Positions 36,701 through 48,600 of a DNA stretch of 64,000 nt are shown piece after piece (the first letter of the stretch is position 1; each line of letters opens with the position of its first letter). The DNA comes from Ylistrum balloti (Eukaryota). The DNA lies in the NCBI RefSeq assembly GCF_031769215.1, contig NW_026782260.1, forward strand, positions 2,666,001-2,730,000, written 5' to 3'. A program made the position numbers and the translations under genes. The notes under the pieces were generated by a model, which worked only from the letters and a program-made list of their open reading frames with translations, was not told where the DNA came from and did no database searches.

Positions 36701-39700
36701 TAAAACTAACTTGAACTTCATACTTTGAGTATTGGTTGACTTTGGTGAGGCAGTGTGTTGATGGGGGATGAGTATTGGTTGACTTTGGTGAGGCAGTGTG
36801 TTGATAGGGGATGAGTATTGGTAGACCTTGGTGAGGGAGTGTGTTGATGGGGGGTGAGTATTGGTTGACCTTGGTGAGGCAGTGTGTTGTTGGGGGATGA
36901 GTATTGGTTGACCTTGGTGAGGCAGTGTGTTGATGGGGGATGAGTATTGGTTGTCCTTGGTGAGGCAGTGTGTTGATGGGGATGAGTATTGGTAGACCTT
37001 GGTGAGGGAGTGTGTTGATGGGGGATGAGTATTGGTTGACCTTGGTGAGGCAGTGTGTTGTTGGGGGATGAGTATTGGTTGACCTTGGTGAGGCAGTGTG
37101 TTGATGGGGGATGAGTATTGGTTGTCCTTGGTGAGGTAGTGTGTTGATGGGGGATGAGTATTGGTTGTCCTTGGTGAGGCAGTGTGTTGATGGGGGATGA
37201 GTATTGGTTGACCTTGGTTAGGCAGTGTGTTGATGGGAGATGAGTATTGGTAGACCTTGGTGAGGCAGTGTGTTGATGGGGGATGAGTATTGGTTGTCCT
37301 TGGTGAGGCAGTGTGTTGATGGAGTGGGGACTGTAATTTGCTGAATGATGTTGTTAAATAACAGTTCCCCAACAAGTGGCAGTTATCTATCCATGTTATA
37401 TAACTCAAGTTAGATAAACATGATTTATAACCAACACAATTTGGGAAAATTATTTATCCAATAACTTTTAAATATCAATAGTGTGCCGTGTTCCTATTGT
37501 TGTTGATTGTAATATGTTTATATCTCTTTTACCCATTATCTGACCACTTAAAATTCAGACTATCTGGAAGAGTTCATATTCATATTGTGAAAGGATTCCA
37601 AGATCTAGGTCACCATTACTACCTGTTTTTATAGATACTTGTGTGGTAATTTCCATGGGACTGTTCATGTCCTGTAGACATTGTCTAGTTATCTAAAGTA
37701 TCAGTTGAATCTGTAGCTGTAATTGAAGATACTGTGTGATAATTATACAGTTGATGTGAATCAGTATGAGTTAAGTATTGGTTTTTGTTATTTTTTTAAA
37801 GGAAACTTCGACTTGCAAATCAAAATGTACGGGAACATGAACAGGAAAAATTAAAGGCAACAGGGGTGGATTTTGATGGTAAGCGAAGGAAAGTTATATG
37901 AAAGTAGTCCAATATTTAATCTCTACCTGAAATATACTTCGTCCTGACAACATGTACTGTGGAAAATGATGGAAAAATTTTCTCTTTTTTTTTTATTGAT
38001 AGGGTAGATCAAATAAACAAATGGCTGCTACCTTAGTAACAAAGTGATTTGGAGAAGGGGTTAAAATTCAACCCCAAATCAAGCTTAAATAGGGGCTTGT
38101 AAGCTCACACCAAGATGAGAATTTGTTACCTTAAACATGTATCTTACCTCAAAAAGTGAAAGTATCAGATTTAATATAGTAAAGTAGGTGACGTTACAGA
38201 TTTACCTTAAACACTAAAATATTGAAAAGTAAGTGAAGTTACAGAAGTACCTAAAATTCTAGATATAGAACAAAGACTGGAATGTCAAATATATCTAGAA
38301 CTATCACAGAAAAATTGGGGAGGTAGATCAGAACGCAATATATGACTTTTCTGAAAATTTTACAATAACTATAATATACACAACTGTTTTATCATTCTAG
38401 TCACTCAGTAGTCCAAGCAACTATCACTTATTTTGATTACTGCTGTGAGTGGGTTGTGTTTTACAATAACATTTTGTCTTTGCAGTGCTACATTTAAAGG
38501 CCAGCAACTCCGGGTTACAACGACAGTTGAAAGAGGAGATGGAAGAGAAGGTGAAGCTGGCAGCAGAAGTTGCTACTCAACTCAGTGAGATTCAACGAAT
38601 GAAGGTGGAGAGAAACAGACTTCTAGCTGCTTTAAGTGAAAAGGTTAGAATCATTTTAGGTATGAAAATGGTGAAATAAATCTGAATATATCTTCATGTT
38701 GGAAATAGTAACTACATTGTTTCATCTTTGGAAACCCACGTAATGGTCTTTTGATTAGCCTTAACTTCTTATTGTTAAGTTTGCAAATAGAAATAATACC
38801 ACATTCATAATTAGACATGTGACCTGAGATGACTTATGTCCTATTGTTTCAAGGTGTACTAATGAAAAGAAAACCACATTTATTAGCACACCATTATCAA
38901 ATAATAGGCTAACCAAATGGCCTTCTTTTGAGATTTATCGTGTGTCCATTGCTTGTTCGCCATCTATCCTTTAATAATTCTTGTTATTGCTATTTCATGA
39001 GAATTTTTTTTTGTATTTTTTTAGCATAAGTTTATTTTTCACTGGAAATAACTTTGTAAGAATTATTAGTATAGGATGAAGAGTATTGATGGTATGGATG
39101 TATTGACACTGGATTACTATCATCAATGTCACAATTTCTGTTTTATGACACTTGAAAGCTACTTACCCTTTAACCTTTATAATCAATTGCTTATCTCAGG
39201 TGACTGTCAAAGCCACTAGGCCTCTTGTTTCTAAAGTCTTACTTCTTTTCTAATTTATATTTAATGGTAAACATGATATGCGACTATTCATGAAGCCTTT
39301 TTGCATAATAAATGGTGGAATGGAACTGGATATGAACATTTCTTTACATCATGTTTTGAAGAAAGGACAGCTTTACAGACCCTATCTTCCTCTTGTTATT
39401 TGAAACCTGTTTTGTGGAAGGTGTGTTTGAAACCATATATATACATAATTTAAAAACAAACTTCACATACATAAAATGTTGGAAATTTCGACTGGCACAT
39501 TCACAACTAATCATAAAGTTGGAAAAGCTGTCTGGTACATATTTTAACCAATCATTAAGTTGGAAAGGCAGACTGGTGCATATTTTAACCAATCATAATA
39601 TTGGAATGGCTGACTGGTGCATATTTTAACCAATCATTTGGTTTTTTCTTCAGGAAACAGATGAGTTGAAAATCAAACAGGAGTGTCTTATAGATGCCCA

Positions 39701-42556
39701 GAAATTCCGAAAAGAGATGGAGGCGATGAATCGCCAAATTGAGGCCATCCAACTTCAACAAGAGGCCTCAGACCAGGAAAATCACATCCTACAAGTGTCA
39801 CTACAGCAGAGGGATGCAGAGATCAATCGACTACAAGATACTGTCCAGTAAGTATCACTTCAGCAGAGGTCTGAAGCATCTTTGGTGAATGGGAACCAAG
39901 TTTGTTTAAATATTGGCCCTCAGCACCCAGGGGCGAAGGGGTGGGGCCAAAAAGAGGATATAAAGTAATTTTTTAATATCCTACCCCTCCTCTAGGAATG
40001 AATTGATATTTTCCAAATTTTATTTGAAGCAATCTTGGGTGAAGGGGAATCACTCTTATATAGAGGTAAGGTTTAACTTCAGAAAGCTGATTCAACCTCT
40101 GGAGACTGAGAGATCAGGCCACAAATGGTAAATCTAGCTGAAATTTTGTTTTCCTTTGTTATTATTCCTGAAAGCCAAATTGGATTTCAACCAAATTTCA
40201 TTTGATATGGCAATAATTCAGTAAGTAATTGATTTGATTGTCAAATGGCTATTAAGGCCCATGGGCCTCTTGTGTCCAAACTTGGTCTGAAGCATCTTTG
40301 GGTGAAGGAAACTTGAATTGTATAAAAAGTTATTGGGACCTTTTTAGGGTCAGAGGTGCGGGGCCTAATGAGGGAAATAATGGAATCATTGTAAAATCCT
40401 TCTTCTGTTTAATTGAAGCTATTTTAACAAAATTTGTTCTGAATCATCCGTGAGGGGCATGACCTAAATCTTTAAAAATCCTCCTTCTGTTGGAATTATT
40501 GGATTTTATTCTAATTAGGTCTGAAGCATCCTGGGATGAATAGGGCATAATTTTGTATGTCAGATTGTGTGAAATCTTTCATCTGTTTTGATTTTGTAAA
40601 ATGATTTATTTCTGAACAAATAATGATACTTTTTTAGGGAGATGAAATCCAGTGTGACTGAATTGATGCAGGAGTTGGACAAATCAGGTGACCAAAATGT
40701 AATGAATGACGACAGCCGCAGGCTTCTGTTGAAAATCCTGGGAGGGGAACAACAAATGTCAAGGTAAACACATCAATCTTGGTGTATTCCTAAAGTATAC
40801 ACACATCAGACTTGGTGTAAACCTAAAGTATACACACATCAGCCTTGGTGTAAAGCTAAAGTATACACACATCAGCCTTGGTGTAAACCTAAAGTATACA
40901 CACATCAGTCTTGGTGTAAACCTAAAGTATACACACATCAGCCTTGGTGTAAACCTAAAGTATACACACATCAGTCTTGGTGTAAACCTAAAGTATACAC
41001 ACATCAGCCTTGGTGTAAACCTAGAGTATACACATATCAGTCTTGGTGTAAACCTAAAGTATACACACATCAGTCTTGGTGTAAACCTAAAGTATACACA
41101 CATCAGCCTTGGTGTAAACCTAAAGTATACACATATCAGTCTTGGTGTAAACCTAAAGTATACACACATTAGTCTTGATGTAAACCTAAAGTATACACAC
41201 ATCAGTCTTGGTGTAAACCTAAAGTATACACACATCAGTCTTGATGTAAACCTAAAGTTAACACACAGCAGGCTTCATTTATTGTCTTAAGCTCCTTTAC
41301 CAATCTTAATGAAATATTGCAGAAACCTTTGATGCAACAGATGAACAACAACTATTTAGAAAAGAAAAGTTTTGGCTGTTAAAACCAAATGGAAAAACCT
41401 GAGAAAAGACTTATGAAGAAACTTAAAAATAATATTTGTTGAATAATACATAGTGATATTATAAGAAATTTTGTCTGATTCTCATTTTTGTTTTGTTGTT
41501 TTTTTAAATCATTGCAGGCCTCCTGCAAGTATTCTATCACCATCCCGGTCTCAAAATACTCAGAACATCAGGGGGTTAGCTGTCAGTAGGCCAGCAGGAC
41601 CAGTGAAGACTCTAAGGTTTGATCCAAGAGAAAGAGAAAGTCGTGCAGAATATCGGTCATCAGCTAAATTAACGGAGCAGGCTCTAGCCAGCCACAATAA
41701 ATCACTGGAACAGAAGAGTGATAACAAGGGGAACAACTGTGATCGGAAAATCAAGTTCATGTTGAATGAAGGAACTCAAGAAAGAATATTATCACGACAA
41801 CGCAGACGAAGCAGTTCCCCTCATGGAAGAAGAGAGTTGAAAGAAGGTAGCCATAGGCGAACATTGAGCTCCTCTCCACGTCAAGTTGAACGACTCTCTC
41901 TAATTGACTCAGAGGTTAAAGATGGAGACAAATCAACGGAGGACATATTCACCAGCCAAAGAATGAATAAAATTTTATATGATGATGGACATGAGAGACA
42001 TGGTTCACAGCAACTAATCAATTATAACAAAGATAGATCAGGAATTCAGCCTTGGTGCCAGGTGAACTTTGAATCTAATCGGTCTGATGCTGAACAGTCC
42101 CGATATAGTGTCACAGATTACTTCAGAAAATATAAAACAACTGGTGATGAAAGTTACAAAAGACATTCCATTCATAAACGAGCAGCGAGTCAGCCAGCAG
42201 ATCTCTTGTTAGGTTCCACACAGACTGGATATCCCAGAGATTTCAGTACTTCCAGATTCACAAACTCTCAGCAGTCAGAATCAAAACGTCCAACAACACT
42301 TGGTATTCAGCCAAGATCGAAAACTGATTCCCGAGAGAAGTCTGGCCAGGATAGTCTATACCATGGGACTGCACTGGATAACTCTGTTAGTGCTATTGAA
42401 GATGATAACATCTCCAGTGTGTCTGGCTCAGGGAAAACCTTGTCCTCGTCCTCAACTGTAACGGACAAAACATTCCGTAAAGGCATAGCCACTTTAGATG
42501 CAAATATTCTGAAGCTACAACTAGCTTTACAAAGGACTAAAAGCATGTTGTCATAG
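30747..42556 (+). CDS. CCDC14: Coiled-coil domain-containing protein 14 homolog
   Basis: Coding exons 30747-30787, 31799-31968, 33205-33339, 34197-35660, 36125-36266, 37802-37878, 38486-38643, 39654-39847, 40638-40763, 41518-42556. All GT-AG, phases consistent. Blocks recalled from CCDC14: RYLLGEMK, EIDLALQPLRNENAQLRRKLR, ENHILQVSLQQRDAEINRL and C-terminal FRKGIATLDANILKLQ. Confidence 0.88.
30966..31214. mobile_element. Fold-back MITE with ~100-bp imperfect terminal inverted repeats in a CCDC14 intron
   Basis: Left ACCAGGCCCCACTTGTATAAAACATCTCA..GATTTCCTCAAG..AGATTTTCCT is the near reverse complement of the right end ...CTTGAGGAAATC...TTTTATACAAGTGGGGCCAGGT. Confidence 0.75.
32065..33200. 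repeat. ~56-bp minisatellite in a CCDC14 intron, ending at the acceptor
   Basis: Unit ACTGAAGCGTGTCCCTTTATAGTTTATCACTAATGTCTGTGACTTTTTACTCTCAGTA. Confidence 0.93.
36725..37325. repeat. 43-bp G-rich minisatellite in a CCDC14 intron
   Basis: Unit GAGTATTGGTTGACCTTGGTGAGGCAGTGTGTTGATGGGGGAT. Confidence 0.95.
39100..39232 (+). mobile_element. 3' fragment of the same HINE family as 5146-5582
   Basis: Shares GTCACAATTTCTGTT..ATGACACTTGA...TTTAACCTTTATA...GCTTATCTCAGGTGACTGTCAA.GCC.CTAGGCCTCTTGT. Confidence 0.6.
39865..40600 (+). mobile_element. Degenerate HINE-type element or internal repeats
   Basis: Recurrent GGTCTGAAGCATC...GGTGAAGGG units and a GGCCCATGGGCCTCTTGT terminus at about 40256-40273. 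Confidence 0.45.
40764..41270. repeat. 33-bp minisatellite starting at a CCDC14 donor
   Basis: Unit AAAGTATACACACATCAGTCTTGGTGTAAACCT. The first unit overlaps AAG|GTAAACACATCAATCTTGGTG. Confidence 0.95.
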
Positions 42557-43138
42557 AAACTACCCATAATATATGTAGAATATATATATATATATATAAT
42601 ATTTTATAAAGTTCATTAGCTCCAGAATAATTTTGCTACATTTTGACATATCTGTGTGTATTAAGGTCAGTAGGGGCCTATTATCTATTGTCTATCAGGC
42701 ATCTGTAAAGAATTGTCATTTGAGCTGCTTCTCAAAAACCCTTCTACTGATTGTGATGAATTTTTATAAGATTATTTTCATATAGAAAAAAAAAAAAACT
42801 TAAATTATGAGTACTGATTATGATACAAGGTTCTGGTTGAAATTGTGAGTACAGTGTATCATGAGTACAGTGTATGATATCATGAGTACAGTGTATGATA
42901 TCATGAGTACAGTGTATGATGAAAGGTTCTTGTTGAAATTGTGAGTACACGTTTCCTGTGCTGCTTTATCTAAATCATGATTATCATTACCCTCTGATAT
43001 CTTTGGTAGATACTTTGTATAGGAATATTATTGACAGGCTCTACATAACATCAGATTTCACATGTCTTCTAAACATGTTTAACATTGTAACTTGTTCTGT
43101 TATTTTTGACAAGCTAGAGTATTATACCATGTCATTTA

Positions 43139-45670
43139 CAGACTCTACATAACCTAGACATGATACTGACAGGCTGTACATAACCTAGACATGATACTGA
43201 CAGGCTCTACATAACCTAGACATGATCCTGACACATGCTCTACATAACCTAGACATGATACTGACAGGCTCTACATAACCTAGACATGATACTGACAGGC
43301 TCTACATAACCTAGACATGATCATGATACTGACAGGCTCTACATAACCTAGACATGATACTGACAGGCTCTACATAACCTAGACATGACATGATACTGAC
43401 AGGCTCTACATAACCTAGACATGATACTGACAGGCTCTACATAACCTAGACATGATACTGACAGGCTCTACATAACCTAGACATGATACTGCTCTACATA
43501 ACCTAGACAGGATACTGACAGGCTCTACATAACCTAGACATGATACTGAGGCTCTACATAACCATACATAACCTAGACATGATACTGACAGGCTCTACAT
43601 AACCTAGACATGATACTGACAGGCTCTACATAACCTAGACATGATACTGACAGGCTTCGATACTGACAGGCTCTACATAACCTAGACATGATACTGACAG
43701 GCTCTACATAACCTAGACATGATACTGACAGGCTCTACATAACCTAGACATGATCATGATACTGACAGGCTCTACATAACCTAGACATGATACTGACAGG
43801 CTCTACATAACCTAGACATGATACTGACAGGCTCTACATAACCTAGACATGATCATGATACTGACAGGCTCTACATAACCTAGACATGATACTGACAGGC
43901 TCTACATAACCTAGACATGATACTGACAGGCTCTACATAACCTAGACATGATACTGACAGGCTCTACATAACCTAGACATGCTCTACATAACCTAGACAT
44001 GATACTGACAGGCTCTACATAACCTAGACATGATCATGATACTGACAGGCTCTACATAACCTAGACATGATACTGACAGGCTCTACATAACCTACTGACA
44101 GGCTCTACATAACCTAGAAAAGATCCTCAGACGTACAATCACAACATAAACTAGACATGATACTGACAGGCTCTACATAACCTAGACATGATCATGATAC
44201 TGACAGGCTCTACATAAACTAGACATGATCATGATACTGACAGACTCTACATAACCTAGACATGATACTGACAGGCTCTACATAACCTAGACATGATCAT
44301 GATACTGACAGGCTCTACATAAACTAGACATGATCATGATACTGACAGGCTCTACATAACCTAGACATGATACTGACAGGCTCTACATAACCTAGACATG
44401 ATACTGACAGGCTCTACATAACCTAGACTGACAGGCTCTACATAACCTAGACATGATACTGACAGGCTCTACATAACCTAGACATGATCATGATACTGAC
44501 ATGCTCTACATAACCTAGACATGATACTGACAGGCTCTACATAACCTTGACATGATACTGACAGGCTCTACATAACCTAGACATGATACTGACAGGCTCT
44601 ACATAACCTAGACATGATACTGACAGGCTCTACATAACCTAGACATGATACTGACAGGCTCTACATAACCTAGACATGATACTGACAGGCTCTACATAAC
44701 CTAGACATGATCTACATAACCTAGACATGATACTGACAGGCTCTACATAACCTAGACATGATACTGACAGGCTCTACATAACCTAGACATGATACTGACA
44801 GGCTCTACATAACCTAGACATGATACTGACAGGCTCTACATAACCTAGACATGATCATGATACTGACATGCTCTACATAACCTAGACATGATACTGACAG
44901 GCTCTACATAAACTAGACATGATCATGATACTGACAGGCTCTACATAACCTAGACATGATACTGATAGGCTCTACATAACCTAGACATGATACTGACAGG
45001 CTCTACATAACCTAGACATGATAAGACAGGCTCTGAATAACCTAGACATGAACCTAGACATGATACTGACAGGATCTACATAACCTAGACATGATACTGA
45101 CAGGCTCTACATAACCTAGACATGATACTGACAGGCTCTACATAACCTAGACATGATACTGACAGGCTCTACATAACCTAGACATGATCATGATACTGAC
45201 AGGCTCTACATAAACTAGACATGATCATGATACTGACAGACTCTACATAACCTAGACATGATACTGACAGGCTCTACATAACCTAGACATGATACTGACA
45301 GGCTCTACATAACCTAGACATGATACTGACAGGCTCTACATAACCTAGACATGATACTGACAGGCTCTACATAACCTAGACATGATCATGATACTGACAG
45401 GCTCTACATAACCTAGACATGATCATGATACTGACAGGCTCTACATAACCTAGACATGATCATGATACTGACAGACTCTACATAACCTAGACATGATACA
45501 TAACCTAGACATGATACTGACAGGCTCTACATAACCTAGACATGATCATGATACTGACAGGCTCTACATAACCTAGACATGATACTGACAGGCTCTACAT
45601 AACCTAGACATGATCATGATACTGACAGGCTCTACATAACCTAGACATGATCATGATACTGACAGGCTAC
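43139..45670. repeat. 31/37-bp minisatellite (~2.5 kb) overlapping the VWA gene stop codon
   Basis: Unit GGCTCTACATAACCTAGACATGATACTGACA. Variant units carry an extra 6 bp (CATGATCATGAT). Confidence 0.97.
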
Positions 45671-48600
45671 AAGTAAACACATTAAGCTGTGATCTCAGAG
45701 AGCTGAGAGAATCAAAGTTTCTTGTTGTAAACACGTGACTGTTGTCCGTTGCTATGCCTCGTAGTTCAGACACATCCACACCCTGCCCGACCCCCACAGC
45801 AATTGTCTCTATCTGATACAGGCGTAACATTTGTGCTGCTGATAGTGTCGCTTCACGATCATACGAGTAACCGTCTGTGATAACAACAAGCACATTTTTG
45901 GCATATGGACGATCCCCTGACTGTCGAGTGAAGCTATGGTACAGCGCCATCTGTAGTGCTTTTTCAGTGTGTGTCCCTCCGTCCTTGTATGGGAGGTTCC
46001 GTACTGCATTTGATATCGCATCAGCACTATTGTAGGTATTCAAATCAAAATGGACTGTGACGTCAGAGGCATATATTAAAACACTCATTTGTATATCATT
46101 TGGGCCAATGATGTTATGTTGCGCATATTCAGAGACAAAATTGAGCAATTTCTGGAAGTCCGTCTGTCCCACACTTCCTGACGAGTCCAACAGGAATACA
46201 ATATCTGCCATATGAGCGCCACATTCTAGAAACAACATGAAGCATTTATCATTGAAATATCAAACAGTTTCAGATGTTTGGTGTATATAATAAAAAGCAA
46301 CAGAAGACTACAATTCATATATGAAATCCTACAAAAGAAGAGAATAATGTGGAGTCTGTCTACGTTTGAAAGTCAAAATATTTTTTTTTTTCAAGAGATA
46401 CATTTTAATCCTGTTTCACGATCGTATCTCATGTAAGAATCATAGAAAGTGACAAGCATTTCGCACAAGTCTCTATCCTAGGCTTAAAACAATCGATGTA
46501 GGTAGAAAAAAATGTCAAGAAAATGTCAAGATGTCAACATAATCATAATCCAAACTTAAATTCTATAAATTTGGGCAGAATATAAACAAAAGAAATATTT
46601 ACACGGAGACTCCTGAAAAAGTACAAGGAAAATAAATCCAGGTGTTCCTGAAGAGTAAGCGTCTTCTGCTTCATCAACGACACCCGTCATGTAAACCTTG
46701 GTCAATCTAAATAAGTAATGTCACGTTCTACAACATAGGAACCAACAGGCAAAATAACGAGCACCAAAAACGTCCAACTTCATGTAACATAAAAAAATAA
46801 AATATTTCCCTATACGATCACTAGGCCAACCATAAAACTTCCACATAAATTTTGTCAACCTGCATATCGGTTGACTCCTTGCACAAAATCGTGATAAAGA
46901 GAACATGCCCTTGGATATTGAGTCAACTGCAACATAAAAACACCATAGGATGGGGATGCAGGAATATTGCTATCCAGAAATAAAAAGCCGCCCATGCTGG
47001 TTTCGTTTTAGGAAAAGATCAGATAAGCATCTAATGTAGAAGAGTGTCAAATCTTAAATTTCCGATTCTGGGGAGTATATTCAATGGATGTTTTTCTTGT
47101 TATTTAAAAACAAGACGTCATCAATATAACTGAAAATGAAATTAAATGATTTAGTCTTTGTGACATGTTTTGTTGAGCTCTTCAATGAATGAAAACAAAA
47201 GTAAGTCAGTCAACAGAGGGTCGCATTTAGTTCCGATAGATATACCAATAGTCTAGCAGGTAGGTAGGTAGAACTACAATCCTCAACATACAACAACTGA
47301 TGTAGGTAGAACCACAAGGCTCTAACCTCGACATAAAACGACTGATGAGGTAGAACCACTGGGCTCTATCCTCGACATAAAACGACTGATGTAGTTAGAA
47401 CCACTGGGCTCCATCCTCGACATAAAACGACTGATGTAGGTAGAACCACTGGGCTCTATCTTCGACATAAAACGACTGATGTAGTTAGAACCACTGGACT
47501 CTATCCTCGACATAAAACGACTGATGAGGTAGAACCACTGGACCCTATCCTCGACATAAAACGACTGATGTAGGTAGAACCACTGGACTCTAACCTCGAC
47601 ATAAAACGACTGATGTAGTTAGAACCACTGGACTCTATCCTCGACATAAAACGACTGATGTAGGTAGAACCACTGGACTCTAACCTTGACATAAAACGAC
47701 TGATGTAGGTAGAACCACTGGACCCTATCCTCGACATAAAACGACTGATGTAGGTAGAACCACTGGACTCTATCCTCGACATAAAACGACTGATGTAGTT
47801 AGAACCACTGGGCTCTATCCTCGACATAAAACGACTGATGTAGTTAGAACTACTGGGCTCTACCCTCGACATGACGTGCTTGATATATCAGCTCGTCAGT
47901 ACCCACAACATGATATGATTGGTGCAAGATACACCTTTTAAAAAGTCTTTCTTATTCATGATGAACATTTTGCAATCGCATGTTTGTTTAAGTCCTGATA
48001 CATTGCTGAGCAGACGTACGTTTTGATGTAGAGACTGTTGGTGTTGTTGTCGTTGGTGTTGTGGTCGTTGGTGTGGTGGTTGTAGTTGTCGGTGTTGTTG
48101 TAGTTGTGGATGTCGTCGTTGTGGTCGTTGGTGTCGTCGTTGTGGTCGTTGATGTCGTTGGTGTTGTTGTCGTTGGTGTTGTCGTTGTGGTCGTTGGTGT
48201 CGTTGTGGTGGTCGTTGGTGTTGTCGTTGGTGTTGTCGTTGTGGTCGTTGTTGTTGTGGTCGTTGGTGTCGTCGTTGTGGTCGTTGATGTTGTCGTTGAC
48301 GTCGTCGCCGTAGTAAGTTTGTTTGCTAAAGGAACGATATTTAATTGTTAGAATCATGGAATTACTCACATGAGCCTGCGTTTGCCGCACGTCTGTGGTT
48401 GGTTTTAAATGAAAGCGACGAAAATTAATTCGCCCTTGGTTCATAAAAGAAACACTACACACTGTGTAGAAGCACTGAAATGACAGAACATCAAGAGAAG
48501 GTAGAAGATTTGAAGTTTCATATTATTGTCATATTTACATTACAACTATATTGCACAAAAATGTCTGCTGCTTCCCTCAATGGGAAAAAATTCAACAAAA

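Noticed and set aside
44118-44147. Unique ~30-nt spacer-like insert within the 31-bp array
   Set aside because: It is a single instance in an array with many irregular deletions. Local assembly error or a small insertion is more likely, and raw reads are needed to tell.
47956-48462. Asn/Asp/His-rich - strand ORF and poly-Val + strand ORFs
   Set aside because: These are shadow frames of the Thr-rich linker exon 48325-48020. Only the Thr frame fits the splice sites and phase.
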